Positions 47,992 to 59,100 of a stretch of 64,000 nucleotides of DNA are shown here, piece after piece. Where the stretch lies: the NCBI GenBank assembly GCA_965204755.1, contig OZ242011.1, forward strand, positions 32,001 to 96,000, written 5' to 3'. The DNA is from Candidatus Marinacidobacterium sp. (GTDB taxonomy: Bacteria > Acidobacteriota > Vicinamibacteria > Marinacidobacterales > Marinacidobacteraceae). Below the pieces are notes generated by a model that was not told where the DNA came from, did no database searches, and saw only the letters and a program-made list of their open reading frames with translations. The number at the start of each line of letters is the position of its first letter. The stretch's first letter is position 1. Position numbers and translations under genes: made by a program.

Positions 47992-50900
47992 TCATGGACG
48001 CGAGGGCGCGAACTCTTCGCGCCAGACCCTTTCGTAGGAGCCGTCCGGCTGGCGGAAGGATCGTCCGACGGCCGCGGAACGGATCGGATAGTCCGGGACG
48101 CGGACGCCCGCGGCGCACCGGGCGCCGGTCGCGTAAGCGCGTTCGGCGAAGAGGAAGGAGAGGTTCTCGAAACCGTAGGGCTTGCGCCAGGGGGACAGGT
48201 CGTCCGGATCCTCGGGAACCAGGTGCGCGATGAAGGTCCCCTCGAGATGCTCCGGGCGGCAGTCGTCCTTCACGAACAGCAGCCGCCCGCCGCCGAGATG
48301 GACATCGAATTCCGAGCGCGCGCGCGGCGCTCCCGCCGCCTCGATCAGGCCGTCGAGTTCCCCGTCGTAGGCGGCCCGGTGGTAGAGGAACGCTTCCCGG
48401 TTGCGCGGGGTGAGGAGTCCCTCCGCCGCTTCCGCTCTTTCCGAGATCGCGAACTCCGCCGACGCGCGCGGCGCCGGGGACTCGACCAACACATTGCCGG
48501 CCAGGTAGAAGGAAGCGCGGGCCCCTTCGAGGTTCCGGCCCCCGACGGGAATCGGCGGAAGGAAGACCGTCTCCTCGACCCGCCGGCGCAGGCCCCGCCG
48601 AATCCGGCTGAAGTCGTCCCGGCTCTGCGTCACCGACTGCATCACCGCCTGCCGCGCCTCCGGGGCCCCCGCCGAACCCCGCCGCGCCCCGAGGGGAACG
48701 GCGAGGACGAAGAACGTGAATCCGAGCGCCGCCGCCCGCTGCGGCGCGCTCCGGCCGAACCGCCGGGAAGCCGCCTCGAAGACCAGCGCCCAGGCGACGA
48801 GCGGTATCGCCACCGCCGAGAGCGACTCGATCACCGCCGGCCCCGGGGCGCCGCCGGCCGCTCCCCGCGCGAACGCAACGAAGGAACCGAACCCGGCGAG
48901 CGCGAGCGGAAGGAAGAGGAGGCGCCGGTCCGACCGCGCCGCCGCGACGAGAACGCCCGCCGCGAGGATCACCCCGGCGAACGCCGCCGCGCCGCCCGCG
49001 CCCCCAAACGACTCCGAAGCGTCTCGCCGGGCGGACGAAGCGGCAAGCGGGTACGGAAGGAAACTCCGCCCGATCTTCGAGAACTCCGCGAAAGCGAACG
49101 CACCGAAGTCCGCCGCGCCGGCGGAAACCTCGTAACCCTCCGCCGCGGCGTCCGCCGGCGTATCGGAATCCGGAGGCGAGCCGCCCGAAAGCAGGCCCGG
49201 CAGGAGAACGAACGCCGCGGCGCCGGCCGCGAGCATCGAATACGGACTACGGACGAGATCCCGCAGCGACCGCCGGCGCCCGCCGGAGGCGAGCGGTCGA
49301 TCGTTCCCCCGGGCGTTGCTTCCCCCGAACCCGAGGGCCCCCGCGAGACCGAGCGCCGCGAACGGGAAGACCAGCGCCGCGGCCTGCCATCCGAGCGCGA
49401 GCGCGGCGGCGCACTTCAGGGCCAACTGCGGAAACCGCCCCTCGTCGCGAAAGACCGCCATACCGTGGAACAGCAAGAAGACGCCGAACAGTTCCGGCGC
49501 CGCCTCCACCGCGACCGCGTCCGCGAAACCGGCCGCGGCCGAACCGAACGCGAACAGCGTCGCCGCGAGCGCGATCCGGCTTGAGCCGGGGACTCCCGAA
49601 GGGAGGAGGCGGCGAAGCGAAAGGAAGGCGAGCAGCGCCGCCCCGAAGAAGAGTGACACCATCAGGACCCGGGCCGCCGCGACCTGCGCCCCGAGGTCGT
49701 CCCGGAAGTGGCCGATCACGCCGGCGAGCACCAGGTCGCCGGCGACCGACCCTCCGGCCGCGGTTTCGTAAACGACTCGCCCTTCGGGGTCGAGCGAGCG
49801 GCGGGAGAACGCCGCGAGGCCATGCTCCGGTGAACGGTTCGCCGCCCGGGCCAGCGTCGCCGCGCTCGCTCCGTCGTCGGCGAGCCCCCGCTCGAACCGC
49901 CCCTCGAGGTGGAACGCGGTGAAGAGCGCCGCGAAGGCGAGCGGGAGCGCGAGCGCGGGGGCCGCCGTTCGGACCTTCACCCGGCGCCGCATCCGGTCGA
50001 AGGCGGCGCGGAGGCGAACCCGGTAACCGAGACTCTCCAGCAGTCCCCGGAACAGGGCCAGCAGCAGGAGCAGCATCCCGAACGCCGCCACCGGCGTCGG
50101 GATCGTCGTAACGCCCAGGACGAACTGCGGATAGGTGCTGCCCGACAAGGCGGCGAGCGCGATCGGCGCATACCAGTACCGCGGCCGGTAGAACGCGAAC
50201 ACGATCGCCAGGACATCCGCCGCGAAGAAGAAGCGGTCGTGCATCTTCGGCAGGAAGAACGGCAGGAGCACCGTCGAGAACAGGGCGAGGTGCACGATCG
50301 TCCCGCGGGTCAGCGCCGCGCTCCCGCGCTTCACGCACTGCCGGACGACCAGTATGAGCGCCGCGGTTACCGCGAGACCGACCGGCCACCAGGCGAAGTA
50401 GTCGTCGGGTATCCATTCATACGGGTTCGGCGCGTGGTTGCTGAGTTCATCGGTATGCCCGGCCTGGCGGAAATAGACGAACAGGAGGTCGGTCAGCGGA
50501 CGGCCCGCGAGCCAAGCGGGAACGAGCGCGGCGAAGACGGCGACTGCAGCGAACGCCGAGTAACGGAGATCCACGACCCGCCGCGCTGCGAGCCAGAAGA
50601 ACAGCGGCGCGAGGAACGCGCCCTGCGCCTTCACCGCAAACGCGGTCCCGAAAGCGGCGAAGGCCGGCATCTGCCGCCCGGCGAGCAGGAAATACAGGCT
50701 CGCCAGCAGGAAGGTGGTGTAGATGGAATCCGACTGCCCCCACCAGGCGGCGTTCATGACCACCGTGGGCGCGAGGAGCGTGGCCACGGCCGCGAGGACC
50801 GGGACGCGGCTCGATTCCCCGTACTTCAGCGCCACGCACTTGTAGACGAAGTACGCGGCGGCGAAGTCGAACGCGACGGGAATCGACTTGATCAACAACA

Positions 50901-51165
50901 ACGCCGGCGCGTGGCCGGCGAGCGCGACCGCCACCGAAAGAAGGTAGGGGTATGGAGGGTTGTAGTTGTAGAAGTCGTAAGCGAACGAACGGGCGGGGCC
51001 GTTCGCGATCATGAAGTCGATCCACGGGCCGAAGGTGGCCGGGATGTCCACCGACTCGCGGCCGAAGAGCGGGAGGCGAACCGCGACGGCGGCGAAGACG
51101 CCGGCGAACAGGAGGAGCCGGCGCCCCCGCTGCCGCGCGGCGCCGGACGCCCTCGCCTCGCTCAC
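47992..51165 (-). CDS. Large two-module GT-C membrane protein + FFLH-type domain, third paralog
   Basis: NYNPPYPYLL, WWGQSDSIYT, KAQG, APNPY and FFLPKMHDRFFF. C-terminal FIAHLVP..GFENLSF. Confidence 0.8.
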   Translation of the reverse strand: MSEARASGAARQRGRRLLLFAGVFAAVAVRLPLFGRESVDIPATFGPWIDFMIANGPARSFAYDFYNYNPPYPYLLSVAVALAGHAPALLLIKSIPVAFDFAAAYFVYKCVALKYGESSRVPVLAAVATLLAPTVVMNAAWWGQSDSIYTTFLLASLYFLLAGRQMPAFAAFGTAFAVKAQGAFLAPLFFWLAARRVVDLRYSAFAAVAVFAALVPAWLAGRPLTDLLFVYFRQAGHTDELSNHAPNPYEWIPDDYFAWWPVGLAVTAALILVVRQCVKRGSAALTRGTIVHLALFSTVLLPFFLPKMHDRFFFAADVLAIVFAFYRPRYWYAPIALAALSGSTYPQFVLGVTTIPTPVAAFGMLLLLLALFRGLLESLGYRVRLRAAFDRMRRRVKVRTAAPALALPLAFAALFTAFHLEGRFERGLADDGASAATLARAANRSPEHGLAAFSRRSLDPEGRVVYETAAGGSVAGDLVLAGVIGHFRDDLGAQVAAARVLMVSLFFGAALLAFLSLRRLLPSGVPGSSRIALAATLFAFGSAAAGFADAVAVEAAPELFGVFLLFHGMAVFRDEGRFPQLALKCAAALALGWQAAALVFPFAALGLAGALGFGGSNARGNDRPLASGGRRRSLRDLVRSPYSMLAAGAAAFVLLPGLLSGGSPPDSDTPADAAAEGYEVSAGAADFGAFAFAEFSKIGRSFLPYPLAASSARRDASESFGGAGGAAAFAGVILAAGVLVAAARSDRRLLFLPLALAGFGSFVAFARGAAGGAPGPAVIESLSAVAIPLVAWALVFEAASRRFGRSAPQRAAALGFTFFVLAVPLGARRGSAGAPEARQAVMQSVTQSRDDFSRIRRGLRRRVEETVFLPPIPVGGRNLEGARASFYLAGNVLVESPAPRASAEFAISERAEAAEGLLTPRNREAFLYHRAAYDGELDGLIEAAGAPRARSEFDVHLGGGRLLFVKDDCRPEHLEGTFIAHLVPEDPDDLSPWRKPYGFENLSFLFAERAYATGARCAAGVRVPDYPIRSAAVGRSFRQPDGSYERVWREEFAPSRP

Positions 51166-51308
51166 CCTACGCCGCTCTTCCGGCGCGAGACCCGATCCGC
51201 CGCCCGGGCGCCTCGCCGCGGCGGCCCGCGGAGGGAGCGCCCCGCGCGCCTCCCCGGTCGGGCCTCCGCGCCGCCGGGCGCTCCCCCGACTTTCGCCGCG
51301 GGCCGATA

Positions 51309-52581
51309 ATGGCGAGCGAACCGTCCCGCTCCGGCCCGAGACCCCGCCCCCGAACCCGCGCGCCTTTCCCCGCTCCCCCCATGTTCCGCGGATTCCCCCG
51401 GACCCTCGCCTGGAACGGACTCTGGGCGGGAACGGCCGTCGCTCTCACGCTTCTCGGCGGCGAAGCGTATCTCCGGTTCTCGCGGCCGTTCATGGCCGAG
51501 GTCCGCCCGGAAGTGTTCCTTCCGGAAGTCGGCGCGCTCCTGGCGCCGGACACGGAAGTGCGCTTCACGAATCGTCTCGACTTCTGGACGGTCTCGCGCA
51601 CCAACAGTCTGGGGTTCCTGGACCGGGAACCGCCGAGTCCGGGCCGCGCGGCGGAGACCTGCCACATCGCCTTCGTCGGCGACTCCTTCGTGGAGGCGCC
51701 CCAGGTCCCGATCCCGGACAAGGCGGCGGCGCAACTCGAAGCCATGGCGCGGGAGGCCCTGCCCCGCCTGGACATCACCACCTCGGCGTTCGGTCGATCC
51801 GACACCGGGCAAGTGCGGCAGTTGCCGCTCTGGGACTGCTGCGCCCGGCGCTTCGCCCCCCGACTCCTCGTGCTCGTCTTCCACCCGAACGACCTCTGGG
51901 ACAACCATCCCGTCCTCCGGCGCGTCGTCCGGCCGCACGACCCGCGGTTCCCCGAGTTCCGGCTGACCGAGTCGCCGGACGGCGCGCTGTCCTTGTCGGC
52001 CCCCCCCCCCCCCCCCCCCCCCCCTACGGCGCGCCGATCGATCGGAATGGAGGACAACGCCGGGAGAGGCCGGCCCGAGGGGGAAACCCCGCTCCTGGTT
52101 CGCAGCCTGGGTCTCGGCGAAATGGCGCGCGATCGGGCGGCTCGGAAGACCCGACGATCTGCGGGAACTCATCGAGACCGATTTCCTCCGCCGTCCGCTT
52201 CCGGAAGGCGCCGGGCCCGGGATGCGCCGGCCGGACTTCGCCGAGGTCCTGGAATACACGGCGTTCGCCCTCCGCGCCTTCCGGGATCGAGCCGAGCGGG
52301 ACGGCGCCCGCCCGGTCGTGCTCGCGCACGAGTCCTCGCGGCGCCGGCGAGTGCTGGAACCCTTGCGGAGCATCGCGGGCCCCCTGGGCCTACCGGTGTT
52401 GGACATTGCGGAGACCCTCCTCCGGGATGGCGTCGATTTCAACGCGGTCCGTTTCCCTCACGAGGGCCACTGGAACTCCGCCGGCCATCGCTTCGCCGCC
52501 CGGACGGTGCTCGACTACCTCGAGGGGCATCCGGAAGTATGCGACCGGCCCCGCCCGCCTTCGCGCGGCGAAGGCCGCTGA
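51309..52581 (+). CDS. Membrane-anchored SGNH hydrolase/O-acetyltransferase (AlgJ/AlgX-like); frameshift at C25 52000-52024
   Basis: TM anchor, NSLGFLDRE, GDSFVEA and PNDL. After the tract another frame gives SWFAAW..EGHWNSAGH (ORF 52222..52581). The start may be ATG 51381. Confidence 0.75.
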
Positions 52582-52596
52582 GCCCCGTCGGCGTTC

Positions 52597-54662
52597 TCAC
52601 TCCGGACGGATCTCCGCGCTCCAGGTCTCCCCCTCGCCGCTTCGATATCGGCCGGTGCGCAAGCGGGCGATCCCGTAGTCCGGAAGCGGGACCGTCGCCA
52701 GGCAGGCGCGGCCCCCGTCTTCGAGTTCGAACAGGACGCCCCACCGGAGGAAGTCGAAGTCCAGGTTCTCGAAACGGTGCGGCGCGCGCTCCGCCGGGAG
52801 GACCCCCGGCGCCTCGGGATAGACATGCAGGAAGAAACGCCCCTCGCGCAGCGACTCCTCCCGGCAGGAGTCCCGCCGGTAGAACAGCATCGGCCCCTTC
52901 GCGGCCCACATCGAACCGCGGTCGAAATACAACTCGAAGTCCGCCTCCGCGTCGGGCTCCTTCGTTCGCAGGAACTCGTAGGCCTCCCGGTAGCGATGCG
53001 AAGGCGGCGCGTATCCCCGGTCCACGGCGAAGACCGCGCCGTCGGCGAACTCCGCGAGCGGGCGGAGACCCGGCGTGGCGAACATCGTGGCCGGGGGCCC
53101 GGCCCGGTGGCGGGGCCGCCGGAAGTCGGTGCTCCATACGAACCGGGCGCCCTCGGGAACCCGCTCCAGGAAGGCGGCGAGCCGTTCCTGCGGGAGATCG
53201 GCTCCCGCCTCCCTGCCGCCGACCCAAACCATGCGCGCCCCGCGAAGGTCCGGCCCCCGGCCGAGATTGGCGAAGACCGGCGACCACAGGTTGGTGTAGA
53301 CGCGGCGGGACTCCTCGTAGGCTTCGGCCCGGGCGAACTGCAAGGTCTCCGAACTCGCCCACGGCTCGCCTAAGTAGCCGTTGGCGAAGAGGACCTCCGC
53401 GGAGTTGGCCCGCAGGACCGCCCGCCGCTGGGGACCGATCTGCCCGATCGTCCACGCCGAGAGAAGCGCCGCCGCCGCGACGGCGCCGACGCGTTCGAAG
53501 AGTCTCCTGCCGCGCCCGGCCTCGAGGAGCGGGTCGAGCGCGGTGGCGAGAGCGAGGACGAGGGGCAGCCTGGCGGGAAACAGGTGCCGGGGCTCCACGC
53601 CGTCGAGGCTCTGCCCGAGCATCAACGCCGTGAAATAGAGACCGATGTACGCGAGCCCGAACCCGCCGAAGAGCAGCATCCAGCGCCCGCGCCCGGCCTG
53701 AGTTACGGCCGGGGACGAATGCGCGGCGCCGCGGGTCGCTCCGGTCCGGCGCCGAAGCAGGAGCGCCGCCGGCGGAAGGAGCGCCCCGAGGGCGAGCAGG
53801 GCGGCGGAACTGCCGTCGAATCGGGCCCAGGCGAAGACGGCGCTCCCGATGTCGCCCAGGATCACCGCGGCGTCGTAGTCCGGGTCGCCGTGGCGTCCGG
53901 TCAGGACGCCGCTGACGAAGTAGTTCCGGGCGAACCAGACGGCGTTCGGCAGGCCGGCGATCGCGGTGTAGGCCGCCGCGTTCCGGAGTTTCTCCCGGCC
54001 CCGCGCCCCCCGGCGCAACAGGAGGATCGCGCCGGCGAAGACCAGCAGGACGACGCCGAAGTACCGGGTCGAAAACGCCAGACCGGCGAATACCGCGGAC
54101 CACGCCAGGCAGGCGCGCTTCCCCTCCTCCAGGAACCGGCCCAGCAGGATCAGGGCGAGCAGCGTGAACAGCGCGAAGGGCGGCTCCGAGACCCCGCGCC
54201 AGGCCCACTCGGCGAACGGAAGGGACAGCGCCGCCGCGACCGGCGTCCACAGCCGCAGGAACCTCGACCGCAAATGACGCCCCGCGTACCGGCCGACGAC
54301 GAAGACGGCGAGCGCGAAGAGGGCGGCGCCCGGCAGGTGGATCCCGGAGAGCGGGTCCAGTCCCAGAAGACGCGCCGCGGCCAGGAGGAGCGGATAGAGC
54401 GGAGGCCAGGACACATACGGCGTGACTCCTCGCGAGGAGTGCCCTCTCGTGAAACCTTCGCCGTCCAGCAGGTTGTCGGCGACGCGGAGGTAATCGACCG
54501 ATTTGAGGTCCAGCCCCGGCCCCCAGGTCGCGCCCCTCGCCAGCACCAGCGCGAAAGCGAGCGCGGCCGCCGCGACGACGAACACGCCGTACCGACCCGA
54601 CGGGGATCGGTTCCCGCGAGCCGGGGAGCCCCCCCCCCCCCCCCCCTACGGACTATTTTCAC
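52597..54662 (-). CDS. GT-C-like membrane protein + one FFLH domain, tandem copy A
   Basis: Body is ORF 52597..54585. The homologous start GTG 54662 (VKIVRRG, coupled to the copy B stop) is out of frame across C18 54629-54646. Confidence 0.78.
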
Positions 54663-56748
54663 GAGCCGCTGCGGGGGCGGATCTCCGCGCTCCAGATCTC
54701 CCCCTCGCCGCTTCGGTATTGGCCGGTGCGCACGCGGGCGATCCCGTAGTCCGGAAGCGGGACCATCGCCAGACAGGCGCGCCTCCCGCCGGGGAGTTCG
54801 AACAGGACGCCCCACCGGAGGAAGTCGAAGTCCAGGTTCTCGAAACGGTGTGGCGCGCGCTTCCCCGGGAGGACCCCCGACGCCTCGGGATAGACATGCA
54901 GGAAGAAACGCTCCTCGCGCAGCGACTCTTCCCGGCAGGAGGCCCGCCGGTAGAACAGCGTCGGCCCCTTCGCGGCGGAAGCGGAACCGCGGTCGAGATA
55001 CAACTCGAAGTCCGCCTCCGCGTCGGGCTCCTTCGTTCGCAGGAACTCGTACGCCTCCCGGTAGCGATGGGAAGGAGGCGCGTATCCCCGGTCCACGGCG
55101 AAGACCGCGCCGTCGGCGAACTCCGCCAGCGGGCGGAGACCGGACGTGGCGAACAACAGGGCCGGAGGTCGGTCCCGGTAGTCCGGCTGCCGGAAATTCG
55201 TGCTCCACACGAACCGGGCGCCCTCGGGTACTCCTTCCAGGAAGGCGGCGAGCCGTTCCTGCGGGAGATCGGCTCCCGCCTCCCTGCCGCCGACCCAAAC
55301 CATGCGCGCCCCGCGAAGGTCCGGCCCCCAGCCGAGATTGGCGAAGACCGGCGACCACAGGTTGGTGTAGACGCGGCGGGACTCCTCGTAGGCCTCGGCC
55401 CGGGCGAACCGCAAGGTCTCCGAACTCGCCCACGGCTCGCCGAGGTAGCCGTTGGCGAAGAGGACCTCCGCGGAGTTGGCCCGCAGGACCGCCCGCCGCT
55501 GGAGACCGATCTGTCCGGCCGTCCACGCCGAAAGAAGCGCCGCCGCCGCGACGGCGCCGACGCGCTCGAAGAGTCTCCGGCCGCGCCCGGCTTCGAGGAG
55601 CGGGTCGAGCGCCGTCGCGAGAGCGAGGACGAGGGGCAGTCTGGCGGGGAACAGGTGCCGGGGCTCCACGCCGTCGAGGCTCTGGCCGAGCATCAACGCC
55701 GTGAAATAGAGACCGATGTACGCGAGCCCGAACCCGCCGAAGAGCAGCATCCAGCGCCTGCGCCCGGCCTGGGTTGCGGCCGGGGACGAAAGCGCGGCGC
55801 CGTGAGTCGCTCCGGTCCGGCGCCGAAGCAGGAGCGCCGCCGGCGGAAGGAGCGCCCCGAGGGCGAGCAGGGCGGCGGAACTGCCGTCGAATCGGGCCCA
55901 GGCGAAGACGGCGCTCCCGATGTCGCCCAGGATCACCGCGGCGTCGTAGTCCGGGTCGCCGTGGCGTCCGGTCAGGACGCCGCTGACGAAGTAGTTCCGG
56001 GCGAACCAGACGGCGTTCGGCAGGCCGGCGATCGCGGTGTAGGCCGCCGCGTTCCGGAGTTTCTCCCGGCCCCGCGCCCCCCGGCGCAACAGGAGGATCG
56101 CGCCGGCGAAGACCAGCAGGACGACGCCGAAGTACCGGGTCGAAAACGCCAGACCGGCGAACACCGCGGACCAGGCCAGGCAAGCGCCCCCCCCCCCCCC
56201 CCCCCCCTCCCCCCCTCCAGGAACCGGCCCAGCAGGACCAGGGCGAGGAGCGTGAACAGCGCGAAGGGCGGCTCCGAGACTCCGCGCCACGCCCACTCGG
56301 CGAACGGAAGGGACAGCGCCGCCGCGACCGGCGTCCACAGGCGGAGAAACCTCGACCGGAGATGGCGGCCCGCGTACCGGCCGACGACGAAGACGGTGAG
56401 CGCGAAGAGCGCGGCGCCCGGCAGGTGGATCCCGGAGAGGGGGTCCAGTCCCGTAAGACGCGCCGCGGCCAGGAGGAGCGGATAGAGCGGGGGCCAGGAC
56501 ACATAGGGCGCGACTCCTTGCGAGGAGCGCCCTCTCGCGAAGCCTTCGCCGTCGAGCAGGTTGTCGGCGACGCGGAGGTAATCGACCGATTTGAGGTCCA
56601 GCCCCGGCCCGTAGGTCGCGCCCCTCGCCAGCACCAGCGCGAAAGCGAGCGCGGCCGCCGCGACGACGAACACGCCGTATCGACCCGGCAGGGATCGGTT
56701 CCGGCGAGGCGGGGACGCCCCCTCCCCCCGACGAAACCGCGAGGTCAT
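54659..56748 (-). CDS. GT-C-like membrane protein + one FFLH domain, tandem copy B; frameshift at C21 56187-56207
   Basis: N-part is ORF 55972..56748 and C-part is ORF 54659..56791, joined at the tract. Confidence 0.78.
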
Positions 56749-56912
56749 CCGCGCGCCCGATCCTCTTCCACGGCGCCCGCAATTCCATCACGAACCACGA
56801 GATCGGGAGTCGCGGGCCTCCTCCGGCTCGCGGAGGGAGTGACAGGGCCTCGAGTACTCCCGCGACGCCTCCGCGGCCCCCCGGCGCGCCCCTCCGAACT
56901 TACTCCACCGGC

Positions 56913-57010
56913 CGCCATCTATCGCGGGGAGGGGGCCACCCCCTCCCCGCACCCCTCCCCGGTCGGCGCTTCGCGCCGACGAGGGCTTCCCGGACTTTCT
57001 CCACGGGCTG
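56913..57010 (-). mobile_element. Partial copy (one terminus, ~98 bp) of the 9231-9451 MITE
   Basis: Its reverse complement is near-identical to 9231-9328. It abuts CTAAG (57011-57015), which contains the stop codon of copy C. Confidence 0.8.
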
Positions 57011-59094
57011 CTAAGGGCGGATCTCCGCGCTCCAGGTCTCCCCCTCGCCGCTTCGGTATCGGCCGGTGCGCACGCGGGCGATCCCGTAGTCCGGAAGCGG
57101 GACCGTCGCCAGGCAGGCGCGCCCCCCGCCTTCGAGTTCGAACAGGACGCCCCACCGGAAGAAGTCGAAGTCCAGGTTCTCGAAACGGTGCGGCGCGCGC
57201 TCCGCCGGGAGGACCCCCGGCGCCTCGGGATAGACATGCAGGAAGAAACGCTCCTCGCGCAGCGACTCTTCCCGGCAGGAGGCCCGCCGGTAGAACAGCA
57301 TCGGCCCCTTCGCGGCGGAAACGGAACCGCGGTCGAAGTACACCTCGAAGTCCGCCTCCGCGTCCGGCTCCTTCGTTCGCAGGAACTCGTAGGCCTCCCG
57401 GTAGCGATGCGAAGGCGGCGCGTATCCCTGGTCCACGGCGAAGACCGCGCCGTCGGCGAACTCCGCCAGCGGACGGAGACCGGGCGTGGCGAACAACACC
57501 GCCGGGGGCCCGGCCCGGTAACGGGGCCGCAGGAAGTCCGTGCTCCACATCAGCCGGGCGCCCTCGGGTACTCCTTCCAGGAAGGCGGCGAGCCGTTCCT
57601 GCGGGAGATCGTCTCCCGGCGCCTCTCGACCGACCCAAACCCCGCGGATCGCGCGAAGGTCCGGCCCCCCGCCGAGATGGGCCAGGACCGGCGTCCACAA
57701 GTTGGTGTAGACGCGGCGGGACTCCCCGTAAGAGTCGGCCCGGGCGAACCGCAAGGTCTCCGAACTCGCCCACGGCTCGCCGAGGTAGCCGTTGGTGAAG
57801 AGGACCTCCGCGGAGTTGGCCCGCGCGACCGCCCGCCGCTGGAGACCGACTTGCCCGACCGCCCACGCCGAGAGGAGCGCCGCCATCGCGACGGCGCCGA
57901 CGCGCGCGAAGAGTCTCCTGCCGCTCCCGACTTCGAGCAGCGGGTCGAGCGCGGTCGCGAGAGCGAGGACGAGGGGCAACCTGGCGGGAAACAGGTGCCG
58001 GGGTTCGACGCCGTGCTCGATCTGGCCGAGCATCAACGCCGCGAAATAGAAACCGATGAACGCGACCGCGAAGCCGCCGAAGAGAAGCCCCGCCGCGCCG
58101 GTTTCCTCGGGGACGCGAGGCCGATGCCCCGAAGCCCCCCCCCCCCCCCCCCCAATCCGCCGAGGCCGAGGGCTCGGCGGCCGGCGCCCGTCCGGGTCGA
58201 ACGCAGGAGCGCCGCCAACGGAAGCAGGGCCCCGAGGGCGAGCAGCGCGCCGGAACTGGCGTCGAATCGAGCCCAGGAGAGGATCGCGCTCCCGATGTCG
58301 CTCAAGATCTCGGCGGCGGCGTAGTCCGTAGAGGGAGGGCGCCCGGCCCAACTGCCGCTGACGAAGTAGTTCCTCGCGAACCAGGGGAGCATCGGCAGAC
58401 CGGCGATCGCGGTGTAGGCCGCCGCGTTCCGGAGTTTCTCCCGGCCCCGCGCCCCCCGGCGCATCAGGAGAAGCGCGCCGGCGAGGAGCAACAGGACCGC
58501 GCCGACGAACCGGGTCGAAAACGCCAAACCGGCGAAGACCGCGGACCACGCCAGGCAAGCGCGCTTCCCCTCCTCCAGGAACCGGTCCAGCAGGATCAGG
58601 GCGAGGAGCGTGAACAGTACGAAGAACGGCTCCGAGAGCCCGCGCCACGCCCATTCGGCGAACGGAAGGGACAGCGCCGCCGCCACCGGCGTCCACAGGC
58701 GGAGGAAACTCGACCGGAGATGACGCGCCGCGTACCGGCCGACGACGAAGACGGTGAGCGCGAAGAAGACGGCCCCCACCAGGTGGATCCCGGAGAAGAG
58801 ATCGAGTCCGCCGAGCCGCGCCGCCGAAAGGAGGAGCGGATAGAACGGAGGGCCGGCATAGGTCTGGACTCTTCGCGAAGAGGGCCAATGCGTGAAGCCT
58901 TCGCCGTCCAGCAGGTTGTCGGTGACGCGGAGGTAGTTGACCGAGTGGATGTCCAGCGCCGGCCCGTAGGTGGCGCTCCTCGCCAGCACGAGCGCGAACG
59001 CGAGCGCGGCCAGGGCGACGACGAACGCGCCGTACGGACTCGACGGAAACCGGTTGCGGCGAGGCCCGGACGCCCCCCTCCGGACTATCTCCAC
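57011..59094 (-). CDS. GT-C-like membrane protein + one FFLH domain, tandem copy C; frameshift at C19 58135-58153
   Basis: N-part is ORF 58033..59094; C-part is the tail of ORF 57011..59974. Confidence 0.78.
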
Positions 59095-59100
59095 AAGCGG

